From: Nitrospinaceae bacterium
GTDB taxonomy: Bacteria; Nitrospinota; Nitrospinia; Nitrospinales; Nitrospinaceae
Reading direction: 5' to 3'
Assembly (NCBI GenBank): GCA_965237905.1
Contig: OZ250172.1
Span: 1,568,001 to 1,632,000, forward strand
DNA: 64,000 nucleotides
Part shown: positions 8,974 through 17,834 of the stretch, in pieces
How the letters are laid out: each line of letters begins with the position of its first letter
Position numbering within the stretch: position 1 is the first letter of the stretch
The notes under the pieces: model-generated
What the model saw: only the letters and a program-made list of their open reading frames with translations
What the model was told of the DNA's origin: nothing
The model's database searches: none
Program-made: the position numbers and the translations under genes

Positions 8974-9140
8974 GAGCGTCCCGTGGCTGTATTGGTAATC
9001 CCGATTATGAGTTTTGGCGGCCCGGTTTGCAAACAAATAAAATAATGATATGGTTAAGAGAATCGAAACCGCGCGCCGCAATTTCGAAGACCTCAAACAA
9101 GAAAATTCATGAAAACGCAAACCACAGCCGGAGTTCTGTT

Positions 9141-9668
9141 ATGAGATCAAACCTTTATTCAAAAATTGCCGGGTCCGCTGTGGCGGTTTTCCTGTGCCTG
9201 ACCGTTGTCAACCTGGCGTTCGGGGTGACCCCGCACTTTGGCAACACAAAAACCGAGGACATCCGGCGACTGCTGAAAGTTTCGGGCATTCACGATCAAT
9301 TGCGCATCGTGAAGAACAATCTGCTGAATCAATACTCGATGGGGTTTTCGGGAGCCTACCCCAAAACGCCGGACGCCTTCTGGGAGGAGTATTATGAACT
9401 GATCGGACAACAGGACGTCGACACCCTGGTGGAGCGGATGGTTCCGGTGTACGACAAAAACATGTCGCACGAGGTGATCCGCAAACTCATCGAGATGTTC
9501 GAGACACCGTTCTGGGAAGAATGGAAGGTGAAGATGCCCGCCATCAGCCGGGAGGCGGGACAGATCGGCAGTGAATGGGGGCAGGCACTGCTCCAGTCTG
9601 ATGCCTTCAATAAAAAGCTGGAAGGGCTGATCAAAAAGCACGACCTCGAAGGCCTGAACAAAAAGTAA
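9141..9668 (+). CDS. DUF2059-like exported protein
   Basis: Signal peptide; VYDKNMS..I.KLI..F.TP...W..KMPAI..E...G..WG pattern. Confidence 0.75.
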   Translation: MRSNLYSKIAGSAVAVFLCLTVVNLAFGVTPHFGNTKTEDIRRLLKVSGIHDQLRIVKNNLLNQYSMGFSGAYPKTPDAFWEEYYELIGQQDVDTLVERMVPVYDKNMSHEVIRKLIEMFETPFWEEWKVKMPAISREAGQIGSEWGQALLQSDAFNKKLEGLIKKHDLEGLNKK

Positions 9669-9811
9669 TCGGAAAGTTGTAAGGCATCGCATTTTAATTC
9701 CCTTCAAACACCTTCCGCCGCTTCCGACGATCTTCTAAATATTTTTCGGCTCCACCCTCTTCCGTCTTATAATACTCAGAGGAAATATAAACAGGCTCAG
9801 GAGTGATACCG

Positions 9812-10276
9812 ATGTTCGACGACCTCACAAATATATTTGAAATTCCCATCGCCGAGAAAGATCACAAAAAGGTGGCTCAGTTGATTCAGTTTATCGGCAA
9901 GATGTCGCTCAAGGGCGGTGGCAAGGTACCGCTCCTGCATATTCTGAATATTGCCGGATTCGATCAAAAAGAGGGGATACGCATTCAAAAGATCAGAGGC
10001 GACCTCATCCTGAAAAGCGAAAAAGGAAAACTGGAAGGCCTGTTTCTCAACACCGGCAAAAAACTACGCGAGAAGATTCCCAACGTGCCACTATTCACGC
10101 CGGAGATCATCGGCGAGAAAAAAATCGGCGGCAATTTCAAAGTCACCAAGGACCGGCTGGACCTCAGCAAAATTCGGGGACTGACCGTCATCAAATCTCT
10201 CGGCGAAGACCTGTTCGACCTGAAATTCAAAGTCCAGAAAGTCGTCCTCACCCCTAAGACCGTAGCCGTTATTTAA
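9812..10276 (+). CDS. hypothetical protein
   Basis: ORF with aggag RBS before ATG 9812 and host-like codon usage. Confidence 0.7.
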   Translation: MFDDLTNIFEIPIAEKDHKKVAQLIQFIGKMSLKGGGKVPLLHILNIAGFDQKEGIRIQKIRGDLILKSEKGKLEGLFLNTGKKLREKIPNVPLFTPEIIGEKKIGGNFKVTKDRLDLSKIRGLTVIKSLGEDLFDLKFKVQKVVLTPKTVAVI

Positions 10277-10292
10277 GACTCGGACAATAGGC

Positions 10293-10514
10293 ATGCCTTT
10301 AAATAAAGTCCAAGCTCTTCTTATTTTCGTTTTTGCAGGATTGCTGGGCTACTACATTTTTACCAACGATATTGTAGCGCTTCTAATGGCTCTGATTTTT
10401 TTAGCGGTTGCCACTACTCTATTTATTCGGAATATTTTGAAAGGCAGGCCGTTCTGGAAGAGCTTCAAAAAATGGCTCGGTGAGGTGTGGGATATTATAA
10501 GCGGAATAGGTTAA
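10293..10514 (+). CDS. small membrane protein
   Basis: Two hydrophobic helices, 73 aa. Confidence 0.55.
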   Translation: MPLNKVQALLIFVFAGLLGYYIFTNDIVALLMALIFLAVATTLFIRNILKGRPFWKSFKKWLGEVWDIISGIG

Positions 10515-10546
10515 ATAGATTTACCAATGGTTTTCAGGTAACGCAT

Positions 10547-10981
10547 TTAACTCTTCAATCCAAATTCTTCCGGATATTTTTTTCTGTAATAAAACCAATA
10601 AGCGATAGCAATAAGAAAGGCAAATACATAAGCCGCTTCTGAGGTTATTCGTAGCGCAGTGGGTTCGTAATAAATAAGATCTTTCAAAAAAGTTGTGGTA
10701 AAAAAAATCATAAATGGAATAAAAATCCAAAAACGGGACCAAATGTGAACCGATTTTTTATAACAAACAAGAAGCCCAATTCCCAAAATAACCGTATCAA
10801 TTGACCAGGTAATATTCAAAATGGCCCAACCTAAAATCACCTGTTTTGAAATGGCCATGGGAAGATGCAGATACAAACCATAGAGCCCAGCACAAATAAA
10901 GGCTATCCCCGCTATTTTAACAAACAAAAATGCGTATCTTTCTGTCTTGCTGTTTCCTGGATTTTTTTCGTATAAAGCCAT
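10547..10981 (-). CDS. AT-rich membrane protein (about 4 TM)
   Basis: Four hydrophobic segments; ATG at 10981. Confidence 0.55.
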   Translation of the reverse strand: MALYEKNPGNSKTERYAFLFVKIAGIAFICAGLYGLYLHLPMAISKQVILGWAILNITWSIDTVILGIGLLVCYKKSVHIWSRFWIFIPFMIFFTTTFLKDLIYYEPTALRITSEAAYVFAFLIAIAYWFYYRKKYPEEFGLKS

Positions 10982-11090
10982 ACACCTAATATAAAGGCTA
11001 AACAAGCCAGCGGATATAAAAATTTAACATTTTTTTCAGAGGCTCTCTGGACAGTTGACATTATGACTATTTCCCGGTTAAATACCCGCC

Positions 11091-11957
11091 ATGAACTTTC
11101 AGGATGTGATTTTGAAGCTGGAGAAGTATTGGGGGTCGCGCGACTGCGTCATCCACCAACCGTACGATATCGAGGCGGGGGCGGGCACCTTCAATCCGGC
11201 GACGTTCTTCCGCGTGCTGGGACCGGAGCCCTACCGCGCGGCCTATGTCGAGCCGTCACGGAGGCCCACCGACGGGCGGTACGGTGAGAATCCCAACCGT
11301 CTGCAACATTATTACCAGTACCAGGTGATCCTCAAACCTTCGCCAGAGGACGTGCAGGAGCAATACCTCGACAGCCTCAAGGCGCTGGGCATTGATCCCC
11401 TGAAACACGACATCCGTTTCGTGGAGGACGATTGGGAATCGCCCACCCTCGGCGCGTGGGGCCTGGGCTGGGAGGTGTGGCTGGACGGCATGGAGATCAC
11501 CCAGTTCACTTACTTCCAGCAGGTGGGGAGCATCGACCTCGATCCCGTATCGGTGGAGCTGACCTACGGGCTGGAGCGCATCACCATGTACCTGCAGAAC
11601 GTCGACAACGTGTACGACCTGCAATGGAACGACACGGTCAAGTACGGCCATGTGCATCTGGAAACGGAGAAACAGTTTTCGAAATACAACTTCGAGGTAT
11701 CGGACAAAGACCGCTTGTTCCAGTGGTTCGACATGTACGAGGCAGAAGCAAAGACTCTGCTGGAGCAGGACCTGGTCCTCCCCGCCTACGACTACACCCT
11801 GAAATGCTCGCATGCCTTTAATCTGCTGGACGCACGCGGAGCCATCAGCGTGACGGAACGCACCGGCTTCATCGGGCGGGTGCGGAAGCTGGCGCGGCTG
11901 TGCGCCGAGGGTTACGTCCGCCAACGCGAAGAACTCGGCCACCCCTTGCTGGCCTGA
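11091..11957 (+). CDS. glyQ: glycine--tRNA ligase alpha subunit
   Basis: [47 protein letters not shown] motifs. Confidence 0.98.
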   Translation: MNFQDVILKLEKYWGSRDCVIHQPYDIEAGAGTFNPATFFRVLGPEPYRAAYVEPSRRPTDGRYGENPNRLQHYYQYQVILKPSPEDVQEQYLDSLKALGIDPLKHDIRFVEDDWESPTLGAWGLGWEVWLDGMEITQFTYFQQVGSIDLDPVSVELTYGLERITMYLQNVDNVYDLQWNDTVKYGHVHLETEKQFSKYNFEVSDKDRLFQWFDMYEAEAKTLLEQDLVLPAYDYTLKCSHAFNLLDARGAISVTERTGFIGRVRKLARLCAEGYVRQREELGHPLLA

Positions 11958-12088
11958 TTTACCTCTTTGCCCCCTCCAGAACCACAATATATAGACATAA
12001 AACCTTAAAAATACCGCAATATGATGTATAATTTCCAGATTTTACCTAATCCCATAACTAATTGATTTTTAATGAGTTTTTATTGTCT

Positions 12089-12232
12089 CTAACTTTAATC
12101 TCCTTAAGTTATCAAATTCTAACTTTAAAAATTGATAAAATTTTAAAGTTAAAACAAAAAAGTGCGCTATAATTTCAAGTAATTAAAGTTAGAATTAGTT
12201 AACTTTAATTTTTTGCAAAAATTTAAAGTTAG
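12089..12232. promoter_or_regulatory. array of TAACTTTAA/TTAAAGTTA boxes (putative operator) upstream of Fic gene
   Basis: Six 9-mers; two identical-geometry inverted pairs with 14-bp spacers (12120-12151, 12200-12231). Confidence 0.6.
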
Positions 12233-12261
12233 GCTTGGAACAAAAAGAGGATTCCTAAAAA

Positions 12262-13404
12262 ATGAAAATTCCCAACCGTGCGGGAAGATACATACGGCAA
12301 ACTGCAGGTTTTAGCGCCTTTATCCCGGAGCCCCTGCCTTCCAACCCTCCGTTGGAGATGACCGATGACCTGATGTTGCTTCTGTCGCAGGCCGATCAGG
12401 CTCTGGCGCGTTTGGATGGGGTGGCCAGCATTCTGCCTAACCCCGATTTGTTCGTACTTATGTATGTAAGAAAGGAAGCGGTCCTCAGTTCGCAAATTGA
12501 AGGGACCCAGAGTTCCCTGGACGATCTCCTGGAATATGAAACCAAAGTCACCCGGAAAAGTATTCCTTTTGATGTGGGCGAGGTATCCAATTACGTGCAG
12601 GCGATGAATTACGGCCTTGAACGATTAAAGGATTTGCCTTTATCGCTACGATTGATTCGTGAGATTCACGAAAAACTGATGGACAAGGTGCGCGGCGGAA
12701 ACAAAACGCCCGGTGAATTCCGGCGCACGCAAAACTGGATCGGTCCTTCTGGCTGTTCCCTAGAGGAAGCGATCTTTGTGCCGCCGCCTGTTCAGGAAAT
12801 GGAGCAGTCCTTGAGCCAGTTTGAAAAATTCCTTCACCAGCCCGACAAAATCCCGGTGTTGATACAGTGTGGACTGGCCCATTGCCAGTTTGAGACGATT
12901 CATCCCTTTTTGGATGGAAACGGAAGAATCGGAAGGTTATTAATTACCTTCCTTCTGTGCCAGAAAGAGGTTTTGCGGTATCCTCTATTATACTTGAGTC
13001 ATTATTTCAAAAAACACAAGCAGGAATATTACGACCGCTTGATGATTGTCCGAAATAATGGCGACTGGGAACAGTGGATCGCATTTTTTCTGAATGGAAT
13101 CCTAGAAGTCAGCCGCCAAGCTCATGAAACCGCTCAAGCCGTTATAAACCTCGAAAAAGACCAAAGAGAAAATCTGGCTCATAAATTTGGCCCCAGATCC
13201 TCTACCATGAAATTATGGAGCCAGTTGTTTGAGCGCCCGCGCCTAAACAGTAACCTCGTCCAGCAGTTACTGGGATGCTCCCAAGCGGCTGCCATCAACG
13301 CTCTGAACAAGCTCACCGATTTAAAAATCCTGGAAGAAATCACCGGAAGTCAAAGATACCGTGTGTATCGTTTCTCTCCCTATTTGGATCTGTTCAAAAA
13401 TTGA
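12262..13404 (+). CDS. Fic-family protein (N-terminal inhibitory motif, C-terminal wHTH-like region)
   Basis: Canonical HPFLDGNGRIGR; SSQIEG motif; EITGSQRYRVY C-terminus. Confidence 0.95.
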   Translation: MKIPNRAGRYIRQTAGFSAFIPEPLPSNPPLEMTDDLMLLLSQADQALARLDGVASILPNPDLFVLMYVRKEAVLSSQIEGTQSSLDDLLEYETKVTRKSIPFDVGEVSNYVQAMNYGLERLKDLPLSLRLIREIHEKLMDKVRGGNKTPGEFRRTQNWIGPSGCSLEEAIFVPPPVQEMEQSLSQFEKFLHQPDKIPVLIQCGLAHCQFETIHPFLDGNGRIGRLLITFLLCQKEVLRYPLLYLSHYFKKHKQEYYDRLMIVRNNGDWEQWIAFFLNGILEVSRQAHETAQAVINLEKDQRENLAHKFGPRSSTMKLWSQLFERPRLNSNLVQQLLGCSQAAAINALNKLTDLKILEEITGSQRYRVYRFSPYLDLFKN

Positions 13405-13426
13405 TGCGCACGAAAAACCATATGCC

Positions 13427-13499
13427 GAAGCTGGCAGGGCTGTACGCCGAAGGCTACGTCCGCCAGCGCGAAGAACTCGGCCATCCCCTGCTGGCATAA
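13427..13499 (+). pseudogene. displaced second copy of the glyQ 3' end
   Basis: 73 bp, 10 mismatches versus 11885-11957; encodes [23 protein letters not shown]. Confidence 0.9.
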
Positions 13500-13560
13500 A
13501 CTCAGCGCACAAAAAAACCGGATCGGCGTTGGCCGGAACCCGGTTAATTATATCAATACT

Positions 13561-13722
13561 TGGTACGCTTAGACGAAAGAAGTTCGAACCAAAACCAGAA
13601 AGCATCACACCGCGTGAGTAAACTCGCCCTCCGCGGAGGAGTGGTGTCGAGGGACGAAAAAGGCTCGCACCAAACCACAGGCGCTCTGTCCGTCGTCAGC
13701 AAGCTGCCCCTACGGCGAGTAG
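13561..13722. repeat. two tandem 81-bp units abutting the tRNA-Leu 3' end
   Basis: Units start with tggt at 13561 and 13642, tRNA CCA end at 13723; 46/81 ungapped identity by manual count. Confidence 0.7.
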
Positions 13723-13809
13723 TGGTGCCGAAGAGAGGACTCGAACCTCCACAGGGTTGCCCCCACATGGTCCTGAACCATGCGTGTCTACCAATTCCAC
13801 CACTTCGGC
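13723..13809 (-). tRNA. tRNA-Leu (CAG)
   Basis: gccgaagtggtggaattggtagacacg-catgg-ttCAGga-ccatg-long variable arm-ggttcgagtcc-tctcttcggcacca. Confidence 0.97.
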
Positions 13810-14053
13810 TTTTGAAGGTGACGCTTAAAATATCATACCCGCCTCAAAATTGTAAAAAATTTTTGATCCGCATAAATTAAATCTTTTTTTTAAAAAGTGA
13901 TCGTTCACCAGAATTGAAATCAACCTCTAACCTATTCATTTAATTGCCCCTATTTGGTTGATAGCGCTTGCTTTTAAAAAAGCGCCGTCGGATAATTACA
14001 GGGACCGAGTACCGTCTTGAACGATGGTTTGATAACTTTTTTCCGAGGGGGAT

Positions 14054-14236
14054 ATGATTCCTGCCAGCTCACGTTCCAACAATCGCGCCGCGCAACAACC
14101 CGTGTTCATCGTCTCGCATTCGAAACAGGAAAAAATCTGCAAAGAAGTGTATGACTATCTGACCCGCAGAAAGATCCAGCAACTGAAGGAAGCGGTCCTG
14201 CAATTCAATAAAACCATCAAGCGGCTTCTCAATTAG
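14054..14236 (+). CDS. small hypothetical protein
   Basis: 60-aa ORF with gagggg RBS. Confidence 0.45.
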   Translation: MIPASSRSNNRAAQQPVFIVSHSKQEKICKEVYDYLTRRKIQQLKEAVLQFNKTIKRLLN

Positions 14237-14243
14237 CCTGCCT

Positions 14244-15269
14244 TCAGGCATCCTCTTCAATGTCCACCAGCTTCCTCACGGAGATGTGGTCGTGAAGAAT
14301 GAAATAAACCCCGCCCAAAACGATGACCGCGAAGTTCACTCCCCACGCAACGAATCCGAAACTCACCGTGGCCACTTCCGCTTCGCCCATAATTTCATGC
14401 AGGGCAATCAACACCCCGGCATTGAACGATCCCAGAAACGCCGGGGTCGGCAGAACGGTGATCAGAATACAGACCATAACTGTCAGCAGGATCAGCGACG
14501 TCGCGGACTTGTCCTGCAGGCCATAGGCCCAGTACAGGGGATAATATTGCAGGACGATCAGCGCCCACACGCCCACCGTGGCCACTGCGATAAAAACCAG
14601 CGCTCTTAAATTCCGGAACACCCCCAGACCCTGACTGAAGGTTTCTGTCATTTGAATCAGTTTGTATTGCCATTTCTCGGGAAGCGGCCGGACCAGCCAG
14701 TGCACCAGCGCCATCGCTCTTGCATTGTGAAACGTCAGCAGATAAATGAACGCGATCAATCCCAGTACCAGAGCCAGGCTGAAGATGCCGAACTGGAACG
14801 CCAGGTCTCTGATCGAGATGCCCGACCACGCGATGTTGCCATCGAATATTTCTCCGTGAAATACCAGAATCCACGAGAACAGAAACAACAACAGAATCAG
14901 ATCGAACAACCGTTCGACCACAATGGTGGCGAGCGAACTGGCGAAGGACAACTCGAATTTTTTCCCCAGAAGGTAGGCCCGGATCAATTCCCCCGCACGG
15001 GCGGGCAGAACCCCGGCCATGAACCCGACCATGAGCGGCGAAAATAAATCCCACGTCTTGACTTCCCGAACAGGCAAAAGGAGCACCCGCCAGCGGATCG
15101 CCCGTGCCACGTACGTCAGGCACATCAATATAAATGTCGGCATCAGCCAGATATAATTGACGTGCCGGAACGAATCCATCAACTCAGAGACCGACACGTT
15201 GCGCATCGTGTAGTACACAGCGGCAAAGGCAACGATCAGCCCGATGATCAATTGTCCGGATTTTTTCAA
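14244..15269 (-). CDS. lysylphosphatidylglycerol synthase TM-domain / flippase-like protein (UPF0104)
   Basis: RAIRW, LPARAGELIR, ERLFD motifs; multi-TM. Confidence 0.88.
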   Translation of the reverse strand: MKKSGQLIIGLIVAFAAVYYTMRNVSVSELMDSFRHVNYIWLMPTFILMCLTYVARAIRWRVLLLPVREVKTWDLFSPLMVGFMAGVLPARAGELIRAYLLGKKFELSFASSLATIVVERLFDLILLLFLFSWILVFHGEIFDGNIAWSGISIRDLAFQFGIFSLALVLGLIAFIYLLTFHNARAMALVHWLVRPLPEKWQYKLIQMTETFSQGLGVFRNLRALVFIAVATVGVWALIVLQYYPLYWAYGLQDKSATSLILLTVMVCILITVLPTPAFLGSFNAGVLIALHEIMGEAEVATVSFGFVAWGVNFAVIVLGGVYFILHDHISVRKLVDIEEDA

Positions 15270-16198
15270 AGCGGATTCCTGGATAAAATGGTTTTGGCAG
15301 TGGCGATATCTTTCTGGATCTGCGCGACCAGGTCCTCCGCCGATTGAAACTGGATTTCCCCGCGAATGCGTTCGATGAAGGTGACCTCGATTTCCTCTCC
15401 GTAAATGGTGTCGCCAAAATCGAATATGTGCACCTCCACACTCAGCCGGTCCCGGTTGAACGTCGGGTTGAAACCGATGTTGACCGCACCCGAATACACC
15501 ACCTTTTCAGAGGTCACGTAAACGGCATAGACCCCGGTGCCGGGAATCTGCACCTTGCTGGTATCGATGTTCGCCGTGGGAAACCCGATCCCACGTCCGG
15601 TTTTGTGACCGTGCACCACCGGTCCCTGAATGGAATAATAGCGTCCCAGAAAATCGCGCGCGCGGACCACGTCCCCTTCTTCGATCAATTCCCGAACGTA
15701 GGAACTGCTCACCCGGTGTCCCTCAAATTCCACCGGATCGATCACGTGCACCTTGAAATGAAATTCCTCCCCCATTTTTTTCAGATAAGCGATGGTGCCC
15801 TCACGTCCCCGGCCAAACGCATAATCGTAACCGACCACGATCTCCTTCACGCCGATCTTTCCGATCAGAATATTTTCGGCAAATTCCCGCGGTTGCTGGT
15901 CGGCAAAACTTTGATTGAAATCCGCGCAGATGACCTGCTCGATACCACACTGTTCGATCAATTCCATTTTCTTGCGGAAGCTCGTCAACAGCGGCGGCGC
16001 CTTTTCCGGCGCGATGATTTTCAACGGATGCGGTTCAAACGTGAATACGATACCCGTTCCGTTATTTTCGCGGGCGATCTCCGCCACCCGGCGGAAGATG
16101 ATCTGGTGCCCCAGATGCACGCCGTCGAAGTTACCGATCGACATCACCGGGTACGGGCCGGGATCGGGGATATGTTTGGTGCCACGAATAATTTGCAT
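15266..16198 (-). CDS. ribF: bifunctional riboflavin kinase/FAD synthetase
   Basis: IGNFDGVHLGHQ, TFEPHP, VSSS, GRGIGFPTAN, EVHIFDF. Confidence 0.97.
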   Translation of the reverse strand: MQIIRGTKHIPDPGPYPVMSIGNFDGVHLGHQIIFRRVAEIARENNGTGIVFTFEPHPLKIIAPEKAPPLLTSFRKKMELIEQCGIEQVICADFNQSFADQQPREFAENILIGKIGVKEIVVGYDYAFGRGREGTIAYLKKMGEEFHFKVHVIDPVEFEGHRVSSSYVRELIEEGDVVRARDFLGRYYSIQGPVVHGHKTGRGIGFPTANIDTSKVQIPGTGVYAVYVTSEKVVYSGAVNIGFNPTFNRDRLSVEVHIFDFGDTIYGEEIEVTFIERIRGEIQFQSAEDLVAQIQKDIATAKTILSRNPL

Positions 16199-16241
16199 AA
16201 ATGGATTGGGCCTAAAAGAAAAAGCAGGAGTGGGTCGGCCC

Positions 16242-16469
16242 GGCTCCTGCCCGGAGGGGGAAAAGGCTGACCGCTAACGGCAACCGAGAATCCCTGAGCG
16301 CAATTCAGAATTTGAGTCCAGCGTCACGCTGGCTCCTGCTCCTGCCCGGAGGCTCCCTTAAGAGGGAGAGGAAATTTGCTGACCGGTAACGGCCAGAGAA
16401 AATCCTTGGACCGCAATTCAAGGTTTTAAATTTATCCGCGGCGATTCGCCGCCGTCACGCTGGCTCCTG
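16242..16469. repeat. ~100-bp dispersed structured repeat, tandem copies 3 (16242-16338) and 4 (16351-16469)
   Basis: Both carry gctcc..ggag, gctgaccgNtaacggc, cgcaattca and cgtcacgctggctcctg blocks shared with 6884-6984. Confidence 0.8.
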
Positions 16470-16617
16470 TACCGCAAGTCCTTATTTCATAATAGTCAAG
16501 AAGCATGGGGGTGTCAATTGCCGGGTGCCCGGACTACCCCTAGTCCTGCCTTGCCGATGGTCCGGGAGTTTGATATGATCGACCCATACACGAATATTAA
16601 CCCCATCAGGGTTCCTT

Positions 16618-16905
16618 ATGTTTGATATCGGTTTTTTCGAAATCATGATTATTATGGTGATCGCCGTGATCGTGATCGGTCCCGCCAATCTACCCAAACT
16701 GGCCCGAGCCGTCGGCCGGGGCTGGGGTGAATTCCAGAAGACGTTCAACGAACTGAAACAGGACGTGCTCGACGAAACCGAAGGCGTGAAGCAAAGTGTC
16801 GGTCTCGACCAACTCGAACAGGAAGTCTCCGCCGCCACCAAGGTGGATGTCGACGTCAACCTCGACCTGAACGAGGAACCGGATATCAAACCCGACCAGA
16901 ACTGA
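16618..16905 (+). CDS. tatB: twin-arginine translocase subunit TatB (TatA/B family)
   Basis: MFDIGFFE...[13 protein letters not shown]. Confidence 0.85.
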   Translation: MFDIGFFEIMIIMVIAVIVIGPANLPKLARAVGRGWGEFQKTFNELKQDVLDETEGVKQSVGLDQLEQEVSAATKVDVDVNLDLNEEPDIKPDQN

Positions 16906-16981
16906 AAACCCGGTCCTTTCAACCGCACCGGCCTGAGCGCGGAATGCTCCAAACCCCTGATCCCGGCAACGCCATCATCCT

Positions 16982-17365
16982 ATGCTGAGCACCCCCACCC
17001 TGCATCCGTTCTTCTCGCATTTTTCGCCGGCCCTGTTTCTAGCAGGACTGGCGATGCTGGGCCTCGCGCGACGCCGTCCTGACTCGCGCTGGGTTCAGGG
17101 GGCCTGTCTGAATTTTAGTATGGGATTGTTGATGGCGATTCTCGCCGTGTTGACCGGCATGTTTGCCGCCGACCTCTCGCAGTGGCCGATTGTCGAAGTA
17201 GAAGGTCATCAGGGATATTCGTTCTTAACGGTCATTTCTTACATCTTCTGCACGGTTTACGTATACACCCAACCTTTCAAGCCGGCCGCTCTGTTTTTTT
17301 ATGGGCTCGCGGTGCTGTCCATTGGCGCTACCGCCTGGTCCGGGTACCAGTTGGTTTTTCATTGA
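16982..17365 (+). CDS. DUF2231-like membrane protein
   Basis: LHPFFSHF, TG, central H, TAWSGYQLVF. Confidence 0.7.
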   Translation: MLSTPTLHPFFSHFSPALFLAGLAMLGLARRRPDSRWVQGACLNFSMGLLMAILAVLTGMFAADLSQWPIVEVEGHQGYSFLTVISYIFCTVYVYTQPFKPAALFFYGLAVLSIGATAWSGYQLVFH

Positions 17366-17829
17366 ACCGGAGTCGGCGCGGGCAGGCCGAACCGATGCAC
17401 CAGTTCCCCACCACAATATCCTGTCGCCAGTACGGTGGCCAAGCCCACAACCAACAACGAAAAGTAAACGATTGCCCCCAGTTTCTTTTTGCGGTAACGC
17501 GCCGCGACCAGAGCCAGAATAAAAATCACCACCGTCGAGCAAGCGAAAAGGATATGGTAAGACAAAAACTTCCGCATGTGGGTTTTGACCTCCGGGCTGA
17601 CTCGCGGATCGGCCTCGGAAAAAATATCACCGATACCGATGACACCCAGAAATCCGACGACTACCGCCATTACGGCAAACGCCAAACCGAGGCGGATGTT
17701 GAACCCACCCGCCGTCCGTGCCGACTCTTCATTTTGAAACTTGCCGTAGTACTCGAACACCACCCCTGTCACCAGAAGAGCGACTGCAAAGGGAACCAGC
17801 ATGGGATGTATTTGGGCAAAGAAGGCCAT
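17359..17829 (-). CDS. DUF2231-like membrane protein
   Basis: IHPMLVPF, central H, TGYCGGELVHRFG. Confidence 0.75.
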   Translation of the reverse strand: MAFFAQIHPMLVPFAVALLVTGVVFEYYGKFQNEESARTAGGFNIRLGLAFAVMAVVVGFLGVIGIGDIFSEADPRVSPEVKTHMRKFLSYHILFACSTVVIFILALVAARYRKKKLGAIVYFSLLVVGLATVLATGYCGGELVHRFGLPAPTPVQ

Positions 17830-17834
17830 GATTC

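Noticed and set aside
13275..13499. 74-aa ORF ending in GlyQ-like residues
   Set aside because: Out-of-frame overlap with the Fic gene; only the last 24 codons are meaningful, as the glyQ remnant.
13561..13722. Possible CRISPR array
   Set aside because: Only two degenerate units, no identical repeats and no cas genes in the window.
13560..13880. 106-aa ORF on + strand
   Set aside because: Runs antisense through tRNA-Leu and the 81-bp units and has no RBS; used only as evidence of periodicity.
15344..16270. 308-aa ORF antisense to ribF (likewise 11256-11987, 17182-18042, 20696-21454, 29353-30195, 32185-33159, 36876-37619)
   Set aside because: Antisense shadows expected from codon bias of the real genes.
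16200..16480. FMN riboswitch upstream of ribF
   Set aside because: RFN consensus blocks (AGGGCGGGGTGAAATTCCC...) are absent on both strands; the region is the repeat family instead.
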